Origin: Mayamaea pseudoterrestris
Lineage: Eukaryota
DNA length: 64,000 nucleotides
NCBI GenBank assembly: GCA_027923505.1
Contig: BROI01000001.1
Location: 2,728,001 to 2,792,000 of the forward strand
Direction of reading: 5' to 3'
The notes under the pieces were generated by a model, which was not told the origin of the DNA, did not search any database, and was given only the letters and a program-made list of their open reading frames with translations. The position numbers and the translations under genes are program-made. Below, in pieces: positions 1-11,047 of this stretch (position 1 is its first letter; every line of letters starts with the position of its first letter).

Positions 1-1
1 G

Positions 2-3000
2 TCGGGTTTAAGATTTGCAAGTCTCACAAGTGTTCCAGCTCCTTACCAGGCAGCAGGCCAAGCTTTCGAGGCAGTTCTTCTTGGAGCCGGTCGATTTATC
101 CTTGCTTTGGCAGCTCTTCTGAGCCAGTCCCCATGGTTGCAGTGTTTCTATCAAGTTGTTGCATGCTTTACCCGCAATGGCTTGCTCCTGCTCCAGTGGA
201 TTGCCAATTGGACGAGTTGGATGGCGTTCTACTTCATACGTCTCCTCGATTCAACGCAAGTGGAAACCGCGTTCCTCGGTGTCTTTTCCAAGCTCCAAGA
301 ACCTTGTTACTATGTTCTCCAAGCACTGTGGTTCGTTCTCAAAATGAATCCGGTGTCCCAAATTCTAGGCAAGCTCCTCGAGTGGTTAGCTAAACCGTTC
401 AGGATGCGAGCCGATGTGTCCCAGTGGACATCTCCACGCGTCTTTCCAAAGCGCTGGATGGTCCTCGATGCCGTCATGCTCTCTAATCATGCGGCCATGG
501 AAGTGTCACAAGGATTGGTGCGCTACACACGATTCGTGCACCTATTCTGTCGATATCAAGTCCGTCTCCAAGTCATGGTCCCTCTTCGAGTCCTTCTAAG
601 GCGCATACGCCGCAGGGAATGGAAGAAGGCGCAAGTTGCTATTCGAGAGGAAGCCAAGCTAGTCCGCCGAGCAGCTTTAACGCTAGCCAAGCAGATGCAT
701 GCTCTCGAGTTGCAAGCCAAGGAATTTGACGGCTACACATGCTTTGATTGCCACCAAGATTTACCAAGTCTTTTGGAAGCGCAAGCGCAATGGTTAGCAA
801 TGCTCCAAGCCAGTGCCAAGCAGTGTAAAGTCGAGCGGCAACAGAAGCAAGATGAGGAAGCTGCACTAGACCCTCTCCAAGTCTGTTTCTTTGTGCCTGC
901 CGAGCAAGAGTCTCTACCCCAGGAAGCTTTCTTTGATGCTGTTGGCGATATAACAGACATTGAAGACGTCTTCTTCGAGGTTGAGCAAATTCCCAGTCCT
1001 GTACCCAGTGATGATCCGTCCCCGCTCGCGTCCCTGACCGAGTCCAAGACCAAGATCAAGACCAAGGCCCTGCTCGTGTCCCTGACCGAGTCCAAGACCG
1101 AGGCCCCGCTCGTGTCCCTGACCGAGTGCAAGACCAAGTCCCAGTCCAAGTCCTGTTACCAATGCCAGGCTCTTATGCCGGCGCCAAGCAAGCTTCTCGA
1201 GGAGGTTCTCCACGGCCATGAAGGCGCATCAACGATAGCTCAAGCTCTTCTCTCCACGGTTGATGAGTCCTTTAACTTGTCGCCGCCCTATCCAGGGAGC
1301 CTGTCGCCGCCTCTTCAATTGCGGTCATCAAGCTTGGGCAAGGAAGACTATAGCAATGCATTCAATGCTCACGTCTTTGACCCAGACTTTGTCATGGCGT
1401 TGCATTCGAGGCCAAGTGTTCAGGGCGGTCAGGAGGAGCTAATCTCCGTCGTCCTAGATACTGGTTGCTCCGTTGCTCTGACGTTTTGTGAGGATGATTT
1501 TGTTGAGTTGTCAAGGACCAAAGGCTTTATCAATACCGCTAATGGCAAGTCTGCTCTCACGGGGCACCGCAAAGTGCGTTGGATGTTTATCACGGAGCAA
1601 GGCGAGAATGTGGAGGTCATTGTACCAGCGCATTTGTGTCCTGCCTCCAACCAACGCCTGCTGTCGCCTCAAGGCTATGCTCTATACCACGGTTTAAGCC
1701 AAGATGAGATCCAATATGGCGGTTCACATTCATTCTTCTTCATGAACCTGAAGGACCAAGATGGCAAGTTTCACAAGTTCCGTTGTCCCATTCATCCGCG
1801 CTCGAACCTTCCACTAGCGGTTGCCCGCTCAAGCGAGTCCTGCACGTGTGCCGAAGCCAATTGCACAAGTTGCTCCAGCCATGGCTACATTACTGTGGCT
1901 GAGGAGACAAACCAGAATCTAACTGGCAGTCAACGTGAGCTCCTACTGTGGCATCAGCGTCTCGCGCACCGAGCAATGAACTATGTTCAAGACTTGTTTA
2001 TTCCGAAGGTCGAGCCCAGCTCCTTGCCTCCTGCTGAGCCACCGCCGGGTCCGTGTATCAAACCGACTCACAGCGGTGCTCGCACATGTCCTGCTCCTAA
2101 GTGTGCTGCCTGCCTACTAGCCAAGCAGCGGCGCAGCAAGACGAGAGCTCAAGGAGTGCGCAATCTTGTTGATGGCGCCCTGATGGTGGATGATTTGCAG
2201 CCAGGTGACCGCGTCTCTGTTGATCAATACGAGTCGTCAGTCCTCGGTAGACGCCCGACGTCTCGAGGGCGGGAATCCACAGGAATGAAATTTTGCGGCG
2301 GTACCATTTACGTGGACCATTGTTCCAGAGCTATCTTCTGTATCCACCAAGTCAGTTTGCGAGCGAGCGATACCATCAAGGGCAAGCGGCTAGTTGAAAA
2401 ATATTTTGACGAAGCTCTGCCTGGACTAAAGATCAAAGCCTTCCATGGCGACAATGGCATTTTCAACTCAGCCGAGTTTGAGGCCGACTTGTTGCGCCAA
2501 GGGCAGACGATCAAGTTCAGCGGTGTCGGTGCACATCATCAAAACGGTGTTGCAGAACGCTCCATTCAGATTGTGGTAGAGATGGCGGGAACGATGATGC
2601 AGCATGCTTCAATGCACTGGCCGTCGGAATTCGAGGAAAGTTTGTGGCCCTTCGCCATGGACTATGCCTGCTGGTTGTGGAACAACATGCCATCCCGAGG
2701 AGGTTTAACGCCTTTGGAAGTGATGTCCGGTGTCTCCGGTGGAGGTGCAAACCTTAGCCGTGCAAGAGTTTGGGGTTGTCCAACCTTCGTGTTAGATCCA
2801 AAGCTGCAAGACAAAAAGAAGATCCCGAAATGGCGCCCACGCTCAAGGCGAGGCCAGTTTCTGGGCATGTCTACAGCTCATTCATCAACCGTTGGTCTCA
2901 TCCGGAATCTGGTTACTCAGCACGTGTCGCCACAATTCCATGTGGTGTATGATGAGCTGTTCCAGACGGTGGCAAACCCTGGCTTTGACGACGCAGACCC

Positions 3001-5352
3001 ACTATGGATCCGCCTGTTTCGGTCAAACCGAGAGCTTTACCTCGACATGGAGGAGCTCGAGGCAGACTTGTATCCAGCGCAGTTAAGAGAGGACTACTGG
3101 ACTGAGGAAGAAGCTGAGTTTCACCGCAGAGACAAGAGCACAAGTGCAGAAGCTACCGACGAGTTGTATACCAACGTTGACGTTGTGCCGAGCCAAGAGC
3201 CAGCCCCAGAGGGCGGCCAGCCAACTGAAGCACCAACTGATGCGCCAGCTCACGGTTTAGCTAATGTACAAGCTCCTATTGCCGTTGACTCCGTCCCTGA
3301 CGAGGAAGTTGACGAAGAACCCGAGCAAGAGGACGAGTCTGCAGAGGCTCCTTCCTTGCAACCAAGTGCCGATCCACAGTCTGACGAAGAGACTGTCCTA
3401 GCCAACAACCAGTCACAGCACCGCCGTTCCAAGAGGAAGACCAAAGGTCAGCGCAAACAATTGCGGTTTGACGAAGAGTTCCATCTTGCAGAGCGCGCCG
3501 TCTTGACGGAAGAAGGTTGGGTGATCCGAGCCAAGAACTCCAAAAGGGTTGGTGCGATTGTGTATCCCATAGAGAAGGACGATATTATAGGCCAACGCAT
3601 GGACTGGACTGCCTCAGCAAGTTCTGGTTCATTAGCGGCGCTCTTCACTGAATATGAGCGACTGTACACCGATCCTTACTCAATGGAGATTGACGATTCA
3701 CATCCGTTCTCGTATGCCGCCAAGGTCGCCGACGCAGATTCTCCTACTTACCGGGACATTTGCCGAGCAGACGAGGAAAGCCAAGCCAAGTGGATGACTG
3801 CTATGCAGGGCGAAATGGACGCGCTCTTTAGCAAAGGAACGTTTGAGTGGATTCACAAATCAAAAGTTCCCAAGGGCAAGCAAGTCATTCCAACAACCTG
3901 GGTCTTCAAAGTGAAGCGAGCCGTCGACATGAGTATTCGCAAGTTCAAAGCGAGATTCTGTGTCAGAGGCGACCGCCAAGATCTTAAAGATGAAGATGGC
4001 GCTGAGCCAAGCGTTTACGCTCCCGTTGTCCAATGGTCCACCATAAGACTGATGTTTAACCTGATGATAGCTCACAAGCTCAAGTCGACCCAGATTGATT
4101 TCCGCAATGCTTTCGTTCAGTCTGATTTGCCAGAGCCGATCTACATCCAAGCTCCAGCAGGTTTGAATGACCCTAGCAAGAAGGATCACGTTCTTAAGGT
4201 CTTGAAGAGTTTGTATGGCGACAGGCGCGCACCCCAGTTATGGTTCAAGCATTTGTGCAAAGGATTGGAGATGCAAGGATTCAAGCCGTCTCAGCACGAT
4301 CCGTGTCTCTTTATCCGCCACGATTGCGTCTTCTTTGTTCATGTTGATGACGGTTGCTTTGTCTCCAAGTCGCAGAAAGTGATTGACAAGTGTATCGAGC
4401 GACTGATCAAGGATGGCTATGATTTGGATCCCGAGCGCGGCGATTTAGCTGGTTTTCTAGGCATTAAGATTGAGGAGGAGAAGGACAGCCAAGGCAAAAG
4501 CAATGGCAATCTCGTCCTTACACAAAACTCACTCATTGAGCGCATCCTTAAAGTGCTCAAGCTTTCTGATTCTAAAAAGACCAAGCTCATCCCCGCAGCC
4601 GAAGCCTTAAAGGCATGCAAGGAGTGTCCGGCCCACGACGAAGATTGGAATTATAGATCCGTCGAAGGCATGATGCTCTATCTAGCGCAGAATACAAGAC
4701 CAGACATTGCAATGGCGGTTCACCAAGCGGCACGATTTGCTAACGATCCACGCGACGTGCATTCCAAGGCTCTCTTCTACATTGGTCAGTACCTACTAGC
4801 TACACGAACCAAGGGAATGATCCTGCGCCCGAACCGTAATTCAATGCATTTGGACATGTATTGTGACGCCGACTTTTCCGGTCTATTCAAAGTGGAAGAC
4901 CGTGACGACCCAAGAAGCGCCCGCTCTCGAACTGGTTACATTATCACGTTAGGAGGGCAGTGCTCTGGGCAAGCAAGCTCCAGACGGAGATTGCGACTTC
5001 TCCTGCGAGGCCGAGTACATTAGTTATCTACAGGAATGCGTACGCTGCTAGCCCGCTGATTTTACAAGAAGTTACTAGCATGTTGCAGTTGCCGTCAAAG
5101 CAGCGCTCTGTCATTTCAACCGTTTGGGAAGACAATGATGCAGCTTTGATTCTGGCCACAACAGACCCACCCAAGATCTCGTCACGAACCAAGCATTTCA
5201 ATGTGAAATATCACTGGTTTAGGAGTCACCTTAAGAAGGGACAGATTGAGTGCAAGCGAGTCGATACCAAGGAGCAGTGGGCAGACATTATGACGAAGCC
5301 ACTGGACCGTATCCGACTGGAAGCAATCCGTAAGAAGATCATGGGATGGTAA
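2..5352 (+). pseudogene. pol: Copia pol polyprotein, frameshifted in RNase H (or local assembly errors)
   Basis: The frame is open from base 2 (107 is only a TTG) to 5023. The conserved RNase H block VLWASKLQTEIATS-CEAEYI-LSTGMRTLL is split across frames at ~4955-5065, and the C-terminus is in ORF 4960-5352. Confidence 0.85.
1021..1152 (+). repeat. Three imperfect 36-48 bp tandem copies in pol, encoding (P/L)L(A/V)SLTE(S/C)KT
   Basis: The core GTCCCTGACCGAGT(C/G)CAAGACC occurs three times. Confidence 0.9.
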
Positions 5353-5369
5353 GACCCTGTTGCTCACTT

Positions 5370-5378
5370 GAGGAGGAG
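5370..5378 (+). other. Polypurine tract (PPT)
   Basis: GAGGAGGAG about 18 bp after the pol stop, where a copia PPT is expected. Confidence 0.7.
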
Positions 5379-5640
5379 TAAAAGAAACCTGCTAGCTGAA
5401 GTGCAAGTTAGGTGTCAATCAAGCTCGCCAGGGAGTAGACGCTGGAGAGTCCTTTAGTTGTAGCAATAAGCTCACAATTTTAGATTTGAGTTGCTTTCAA
5501 ACAAGTTGTCGTCGAGCGTAAGTGCGGGACTTTGATTCCAAGAGTCATAGGCTGCCGCCAGGGGACTAAACTAAAGTCCTCGGGTAGCTCGTCACCAGAT
5601 AGACTTCTTTGAAGCCTCAGATTATAATGTCCTTTCTTCA
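5379..5640 (+). repeat. Probable 3' LTR (~260 bp)
   Basis: Starts right after the PPT with TAAAAGAAA and ends TTTCTTCA (imperfect terminal inverted repeat, TA instead of the canonical TG). The end could be 5644. The 5' LTR is outside the window, so the boundaries are unconfirmed. Confidence 0.55.
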
Positions 5641-5669
5641 TTCACGGTAAGACAGAGTATGTGTGACAC

Positions 5670-7376
5670 ATGGCGGCGCGACTGCAAGCTCCAAGCTCGA
5701 TTTCTTGCCACGGCACAACCGTCTGCTCACTCCTCACTCCATACTGTCTATACTTGTTATCCATGATAACAACAACACCAAATGTTTATCGATCTACACC
5801 AGCACAGTTGAGGCGAGCAGCAGGATCTCAGTCGTTGGATCAGCTAAAGGAAGCGCTCGTCGGATACTCGGTGGACGAACTCGACTCGATGCAAGGCAAA
5901 AATCCACTGCACATGGCGGCTTGGAAAGGCTGTTTGGAAAATTCTCAGCATTTGCTGAGTATTGGCTGCGATATAAATGCTATTTCAACCGGAGAATTCA
6001 GCTACGGAAAGACTCCAATATGTTTCGCGTTGACTCAGTCTCGCAACGATGTTGTCGCCTACCTACTTGAGCGAGGTGCCAAGGTGAAGGTTGTCAACAA
6101 CAAAGGACAGTCTGTTCTTAGCATTGCTATATCGCATTTGGAAATGAAGATTGTTGATCGGATTGTCGAAGCGGAACTATTGGAGGAAGGCGAATGGACC
6201 AACTATAGAGCAACGCATTCCGATGGCATGGAGTACGGCGACCTCGATCCTCGCTTTCTGGATCGGCCTCTGCGCCTTGAAGACTTCATCACAGACTTCT
6301 GCGTTAACCCAACGACGAAGCAGTCACGCAGGGGTTCATTTTTTAGACGGAATAACGATCGAATTGTGGAACGTAGAAGCAAACCCCTCAAAGAGCGTCC
6401 ACCTCGCAGATGCACGGCATCAATATTGACTGAACAAGAGACGCAAATGCTTGAGCACGCGTGGCTAGCTGTAGAAGATCAAATATTTTTTCCAGACACG
6501 CTGGTCACCCTTGTGTCACTATCTCAGAAGCTACAAAGACCATGGGTTCGCATGGCTGCCGATCGATTACGGTCAAGCGGCATTCTGAAGAGTGAAATTG
6601 AGGCAGTATTTCGGTCGGTCTCGGCAACTAGTGAGCAACATGCAAAGCTTGTCAAGCGCCTCTATTTGCAGATCCAAACGCCGACTGCGCTGAAAGGTAG
6701 AAACGGAACTATAACTTGTCATGAACGGTCACAGAAACTTTCGCATCTGCCAAACTCGGGCGATGGTGGTTGGAAAGAAGCATACAAGGTGGTCAAAGAT
6801 CTGTCGATTTCCGCTTTTTATGAAAAATCTTTACCAGCTTTATGTTTGCCTCACCCTCCCATTTGGGTTGACGATGCAGCATCCTTAGAATCACTTGCAG
6901 CGAGTCTTGAGCAGGAGGTCGTCATTGCTTTTGATTCCGAATGGTACACGGCGATGCGTGGCGGCGAGACGAGCATATCCACCGTTCAAATATCGACAAA
7001 CAGCAATGCATGGGTCTTGGATTTAAAGATTGATGAGCCTGAATACTGTCGTACTTGCCAAAGTCTCATGACCGGTTTGTTCACGTCAAAAGTCATGTTA
7101 GGTTTTGCATGTCGACGAGACGTTGACATGCTTTCTGACTGGTGTGGCCATACACTCTCTTACTCGAACTGTCTCGACTTACAACAGCTTTGGAAGGATC
7201 GCAAGACGCCTCCGGGCTTGGCCGCATGTGTCGGCGAAGTGGCCAACAAGCCTTTGTCCAAAACGGAGCAGTGTTCAAACTGGGCCCGCCGACCACTTAC
7301 TCGCTCGCAGCTCGAGTACGCAGGACTTGATGCTACCATCTTATTGTATTTGCTTGCTGAGAAGTTTAAATCTTAG
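5670..7376 (+). CDS. Ankyrin-repeat + DEDDy 3'-5' exonuclease (Mut-7/EXD3/WRN-exo-like); true start may be ATG 5763
   Basis: Ankyrin repeats GKNPLHMAAWKG, GKTPICFALTQ, GQSVLSIA. ExoI AFDSEW, ExoII RRDVDML, LDLQ, LSKTEQCSNWARRPL, ExoIII QLEYAGLDA. Confidence 0.88.
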   Translation: MAARLQAPSSISCHGTTVCSLLTPYCLYLLSMITTTPNVYRSTPAQLRRAAGSQSLDQLKEALVGYSVDELDSMQGKNPLHMAAWKGCLENSQHLLSIGCDINAISTGEFSYGKTPICFALTQSRNDVVAYLLERGAKVKVVNNKGQSVLSIAISHLEMKIVDRIVEAELLEEGEWTNYRATHSDGMEYGDLDPRFLDRPLRLEDFITDFCVNPTTKQSRRGSFFRRNNDRIVERRSKPLKERPPRRCTASILTEQETQMLEHAWLAVEDQIFFPDTLVTLVSLSQKLQRPWVRMAADRLRSSGILKSEIEAVFRSVSATSEQHAKLVKRLYLQIQTPTALKGRNGTITCHERSQKLSHLPNSGDGGWKEAYKVVKDLSISAFYEKSLPALCLPHPPIWVDDAASLESLAASLEQEVVIAFDSEWYTAMRGGETSISTVQISTNSNAWVLDLKIDEPEYCRTCQSLMTGLFTSKVMLGFACRRDVDMLSDWCGHTLSYSNCLDLQQLWKDRKTPPGLAACVGEVANKPLSKTEQCSNWARRPLTRSQLEYAGLDATILLYLLAEKFKS

Positions 7377-7570
7377 CTAAGACGAAAATATGTTGCGGCC
7401 ATATCATACAAGTACAGTACGGGTAGTTTCAACGAGTTCTTTCAAACCCATTTCGTCACACTGGTTCTCAAAATGTCGAAACCGCATCTCAAGGCGCATA
7501 GAATCCACAATTGCTTCATAACATTTGCTGTGCTGACAACGGGTATAACTGATCAGCTAAAAGGTTTAAT

Positions 7571-9021
7571 ATGTTGACGATTCTATCATCCTCAGTCGCG
7601 TTGACACGACTTGAGGCGTCGATCATGGGTGAATCGGCGCTAATAGATCGTGAGGATGGGCGAGTGCTTTGGGAATCCGGAGGAAGCACTGTTGGAAGGC
7701 TTTCGGCCAGTGTTGCTCCTAAGCTTGATGAATTGGGTGTCGCTCATGTCAAGGCAAAGATATTAACGTGTATACTCGTCGTTGGTTTATCTGGATATAT
7801 TGTTCGCTCCGTGCAGTCGAGTATACAAGGCAATCAGATGGCCGATAAGATCTCGCGCATCCAGTACATTGGACCAATCTTAGTCACTATAGCCAAATTA
7901 ACCGTATTCCGAATACCAAAGTCTCATCCATGGCTTCTCTTCGTGGTCTGGGTCATTTACATGATAGAATCATATACAAGCAGGTGCGTTGAATGCTTTC
8001 ATTATGTCAAAGTTGCGGACATGTCAAATCCTCACTCCTCACCCATCCTCATCATTTGCTAAAACCCAGCACTCGGTATTACCTCTCGCATAAAATCTGC
8101 ACTCCCGATGACATTGAGCTACACTTAGAGCAGCTACGGAGCGAGATTCCAGTCGTCACCTGGCAAGTTCGCTGCTTTCATTACGAGGGCTACTCCTTGC
8201 CGCGACTTTCACAAATTTTTGCCATCGCTCGACGAAGAGACAAAAATGACGCTACTGGCGACGAGTCAGAGACCTTCATTGCTGGCAATTCATATTTTTC
8301 AAGACTGCGACGGAAAGTTGTAACAAGCAAAGCAACTGGGTTGTATCAGATCAAGCATTGGCAGGATAAAACGGTCGCAGGCGTTTGGAAACGAGCGCCA
8401 TTTTTCACCGATGCTAGCGCTCCTCTAATCAAACTTGTGCTGTCCAAGTTATTAGTCTTGTCCGATAGCAAAACAAGGCAAGAATACATGAAGCAACAGA
8501 GCAACTTTGTGTCGAAGCATGGTCAAGGCGATGAATTTGCCGAGTTCTCCACAAGCATTCATGTCCCTGGATTTCGTCGGCGGCTTTTAGCGGTTCGCCC
8601 AGACGCCACTACCAGAGGGAGTAGAATGTTTCGGCCGGTGGTATTTTGGATCGCCACGCTTCTTCTTTTGACTGTGCCATACCGAATATGGTTCTCGAAT
8701 TACTGTGATGAGGTTCGTGTCACTATCCTCAAGGAGACGTTCGTGACGCCCATTCGTCGGGCGAACTCAAGCCAGCGCGGTTGGCTGTCATCCTTCTATC
8801 CAGATACAAATCTATCAATTATCAGTGCCGAAGATGAGAACTTTCGTGCTGTCATGCGCCAAATTCGCTTGTACCGATCGACTTGTATGGATGAAATGAA
8901 TGCAACGAACATAAATCCATTGATCGTGGACGCGCATGTAACCAATTCAACTGTGGCAGATGTCATCGATGCCGATGTGGTGGATACTGAGAATGTAACG
9001 AAAGTGGATGATGCAGTGTAA
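7571..9021 (+). CDS. TMEM151-family membrane protein; exons 7571-7983, 8070-9021
   Basis: GT-AG intron 7984-8069 joins YTS-S-TRY in frame. TM segments, YMIES...VTWQVRCFHYE and FWIATLLLLTVPYRIWF resemble TMEM151. Confidence 0.7.
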
Positions 9022-9481
9022 ACGTTATGACTGCTGGAGCTGCGCTCGTTTGTTACCTTTAGTAATGACTATTAATACGAGATTTTTCATCCAGAATGGG
9101 CGATATCGCTCTATATATTGGGCCATTTTTCATCACTAGAATTATGAGTATATTATTATTACGACGAACACCAAGCAAGCTAACGTATAGGGATACTTGG
9201 GTACTAAATCAGTACCGGTATGAGTTTTAACATACGTCAGTCGTCGCGGCTGGCTTGCACGAGGATTTTTGCAAAAGCGCTCGTCCTTCTTTGCTGCTAC
9301 GTGATATTCTATCTACAACTACGGCTTTTATTGATTGGAATACTTAAACAATCGACGGCCTCGCACTCGAACGGATTACCAGCTTGTGACTTGTAGCGCA
9401 TCTAGCAAACCGAAGACAATTTGCGACTCAGTTGTCTAAGAAACGTTGCCACTTTTGGTCAAACTCCGACTGTGTGCGACA

Positions 9482-10878
9482 ATGAAAAATTATTCTACGA
9501 CATTTCAACTACAAAGTTGGATTTGTTGTTTATTATATCTCGTCTTTCCTATCTTTCCTAGAGTTGGTCATTTGGCTCATGCATTCGCATCCACTAGAAT
9601 TTTGCGGCCACTGGTTCCAGCAACGTCGACTTCAGCCTTGTCAATGGCCAATCTCCCGAAACTTGATAAATGGAAATCATTGAGAAACGGATCTATCGAG
9701 GGACAAATATCGGCGCATCCAACAATTCCAGATGGAAGTGTTATAACCACCTCACCTGTAGAACGAACCTACCAGGTGGGCGGCAAGAAATGCGTTGCCA
9801 CTTATACGGGCAGCAAATACCAGCTCGGCGACCCCATCATGGTCACCAAACCTTTGGCGAATGGAAAGGAAGAGACGCTGTCGATGCAGCAGCTGCAAGC
9901 GCGAGCGCGGAAAGAGTACAACTTGAGTGGCGACATTATTGGAGATGACGAAAATCTGTATCTTCTTTGCGGCGTGCCGAATAAAAGCACCTCTGGAAAG
10001 TCATTGATTTACACGGCATATGTGGCAGACGATGACATTTTGCCCAAGGGTGAACAAGTCCTAGTTAAAATCTCTAAAAACTGGGAAGCTTTACAGCGCG
10101 AGTATGAGAATTACGGTAAAATAACAAAGACTGGACTTGCTCGCGGACAGTTCGTTGGCTTATTGGACTACCTACCAATTGCCCGGGAAGGTAGCGCCAA
10201 GTTCCGAAACAGATCAGCCTTAGTTTTGGAACGCGGTAGCATGGATCTGCGAAAATATTTGGCTAAGAATGGGCCGCTAACAGGACGACAGCTTCGAGAT
10301 GCTGCGTCGGCAGCAGCACGGTGCCTCGAGGCCGTTCATAGTTCGCGTTTAGTCTGGACCGACATGAAGAGTGAAAACTTTGTCATTACCGACAGTGGGA
10401 AGATCAAGGGAATTGATTTAGAGTCGGCAATGCCTGTAAGAGATAATCCAGTTGACTACAGCCCAGAAGCTACGCCGCCTGAGTTCGCTAAAGCGTTCCT
10501 CGCTGGTGATGGACCATATTTCGTTCTGGAATACAACTATGACATGTGGAGTTACGGGTACGTAATGATGTCTCATAGAATGAATCCTTCCCCTAGCTTG
10601 TAAAATTCTCGCAAATCTTACTTGCTTCACTTTTTCCTAGAATGTTGCTGTATGAGCTGTCCACTGGATCTGGTTACTTTGCTGGCCAAAGACCCGCTCA
10701 AATCACCCGAACGCTTCGCGCTGGACCAGAGATCGATCTAGAACAGGTCACAGATAAAAGACTTCGCGAACTAATTGGTCTTTGTCTAAATTTAAATCCT
10801 CGGGCGCGGCCGAACATCCTTCAGGTTCTCCTGCATCCATACTTTCTGACGACAGGCTTTGGCCCCATCAGTTTCTAA
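9482..10878 (+). CDS. Plastid-targeted atypical Ser/Thr protein kinase with an N-terminal beta-domain; exons 9482-10557, 10641-10878
   Basis: Signal peptide + AHA|FAST + Ser/Thr/Arg-rich transit peptide. Kinase motifs VLVK, REYENY, VWTDMKSEN, IDLE, TPPE, DMWSYGMLLYE (restored by intron 10558-10640), RPNILQVLLHPYF. Confidence 0.88.
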
Positions 10879-11047
10879 ATAGCTGCAGTATGTTCCTACA
10901 AAATAACCGCTAAAACATACCGACAGTTGCCTATTTTAGACTAGAGACATTTCTATTCTTTAGCGCCTGTTTATAACGCCGTGCGTGGACCCAACTGACG
11001 CTCACCGGCGACTAATTAGCATGTGTAGCGACTTGAATCCACCTCAC

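Larger units (their letters stand above)
1..5640 (+). mobile_element. Ty1/copia LTR retrotransposon (CoDi-like), 5' part outside the window
   Basis: Domain order protease (VLDTGCS, ~1451) > integrase Zn finger (WHQRLAH...CAAC) > integrase core (VSVD/GDNG/NGVAER) > RT (KARFCVRGD, LYG, HVDD) > RNase H (YCDADF, EAEY, WEDN, ADIMTK). Integrase before RT defines copia. A purine tract and probable LTR follow the stop at 5352. Confidence 0.95.

Noticed and set aside
4..10. GGGTTTA as a gag-pol -1 slippery site
   Set aside because: It is phased in the pol frame itself, so a -1 slip would leave pol and stop at 393. Upstream context is missing.
2..1440. env gene of the retrotransposon
   Set aside because: It is in frame upstream of the protease rather than a separate 3' ORF, and no fusion-protein features are recognisable. 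Reported only as an unusual extension.
4340..4351. RT HVDD instead of YVDD as an inactivating change
   Set aside because: Both catalytic aspartates are kept and this position varies among copia elements, so it cannot be called a defect.
4960..5352. Separate 130-aa gene
   Set aside because: It is the frameshifted RNase H end of pol.
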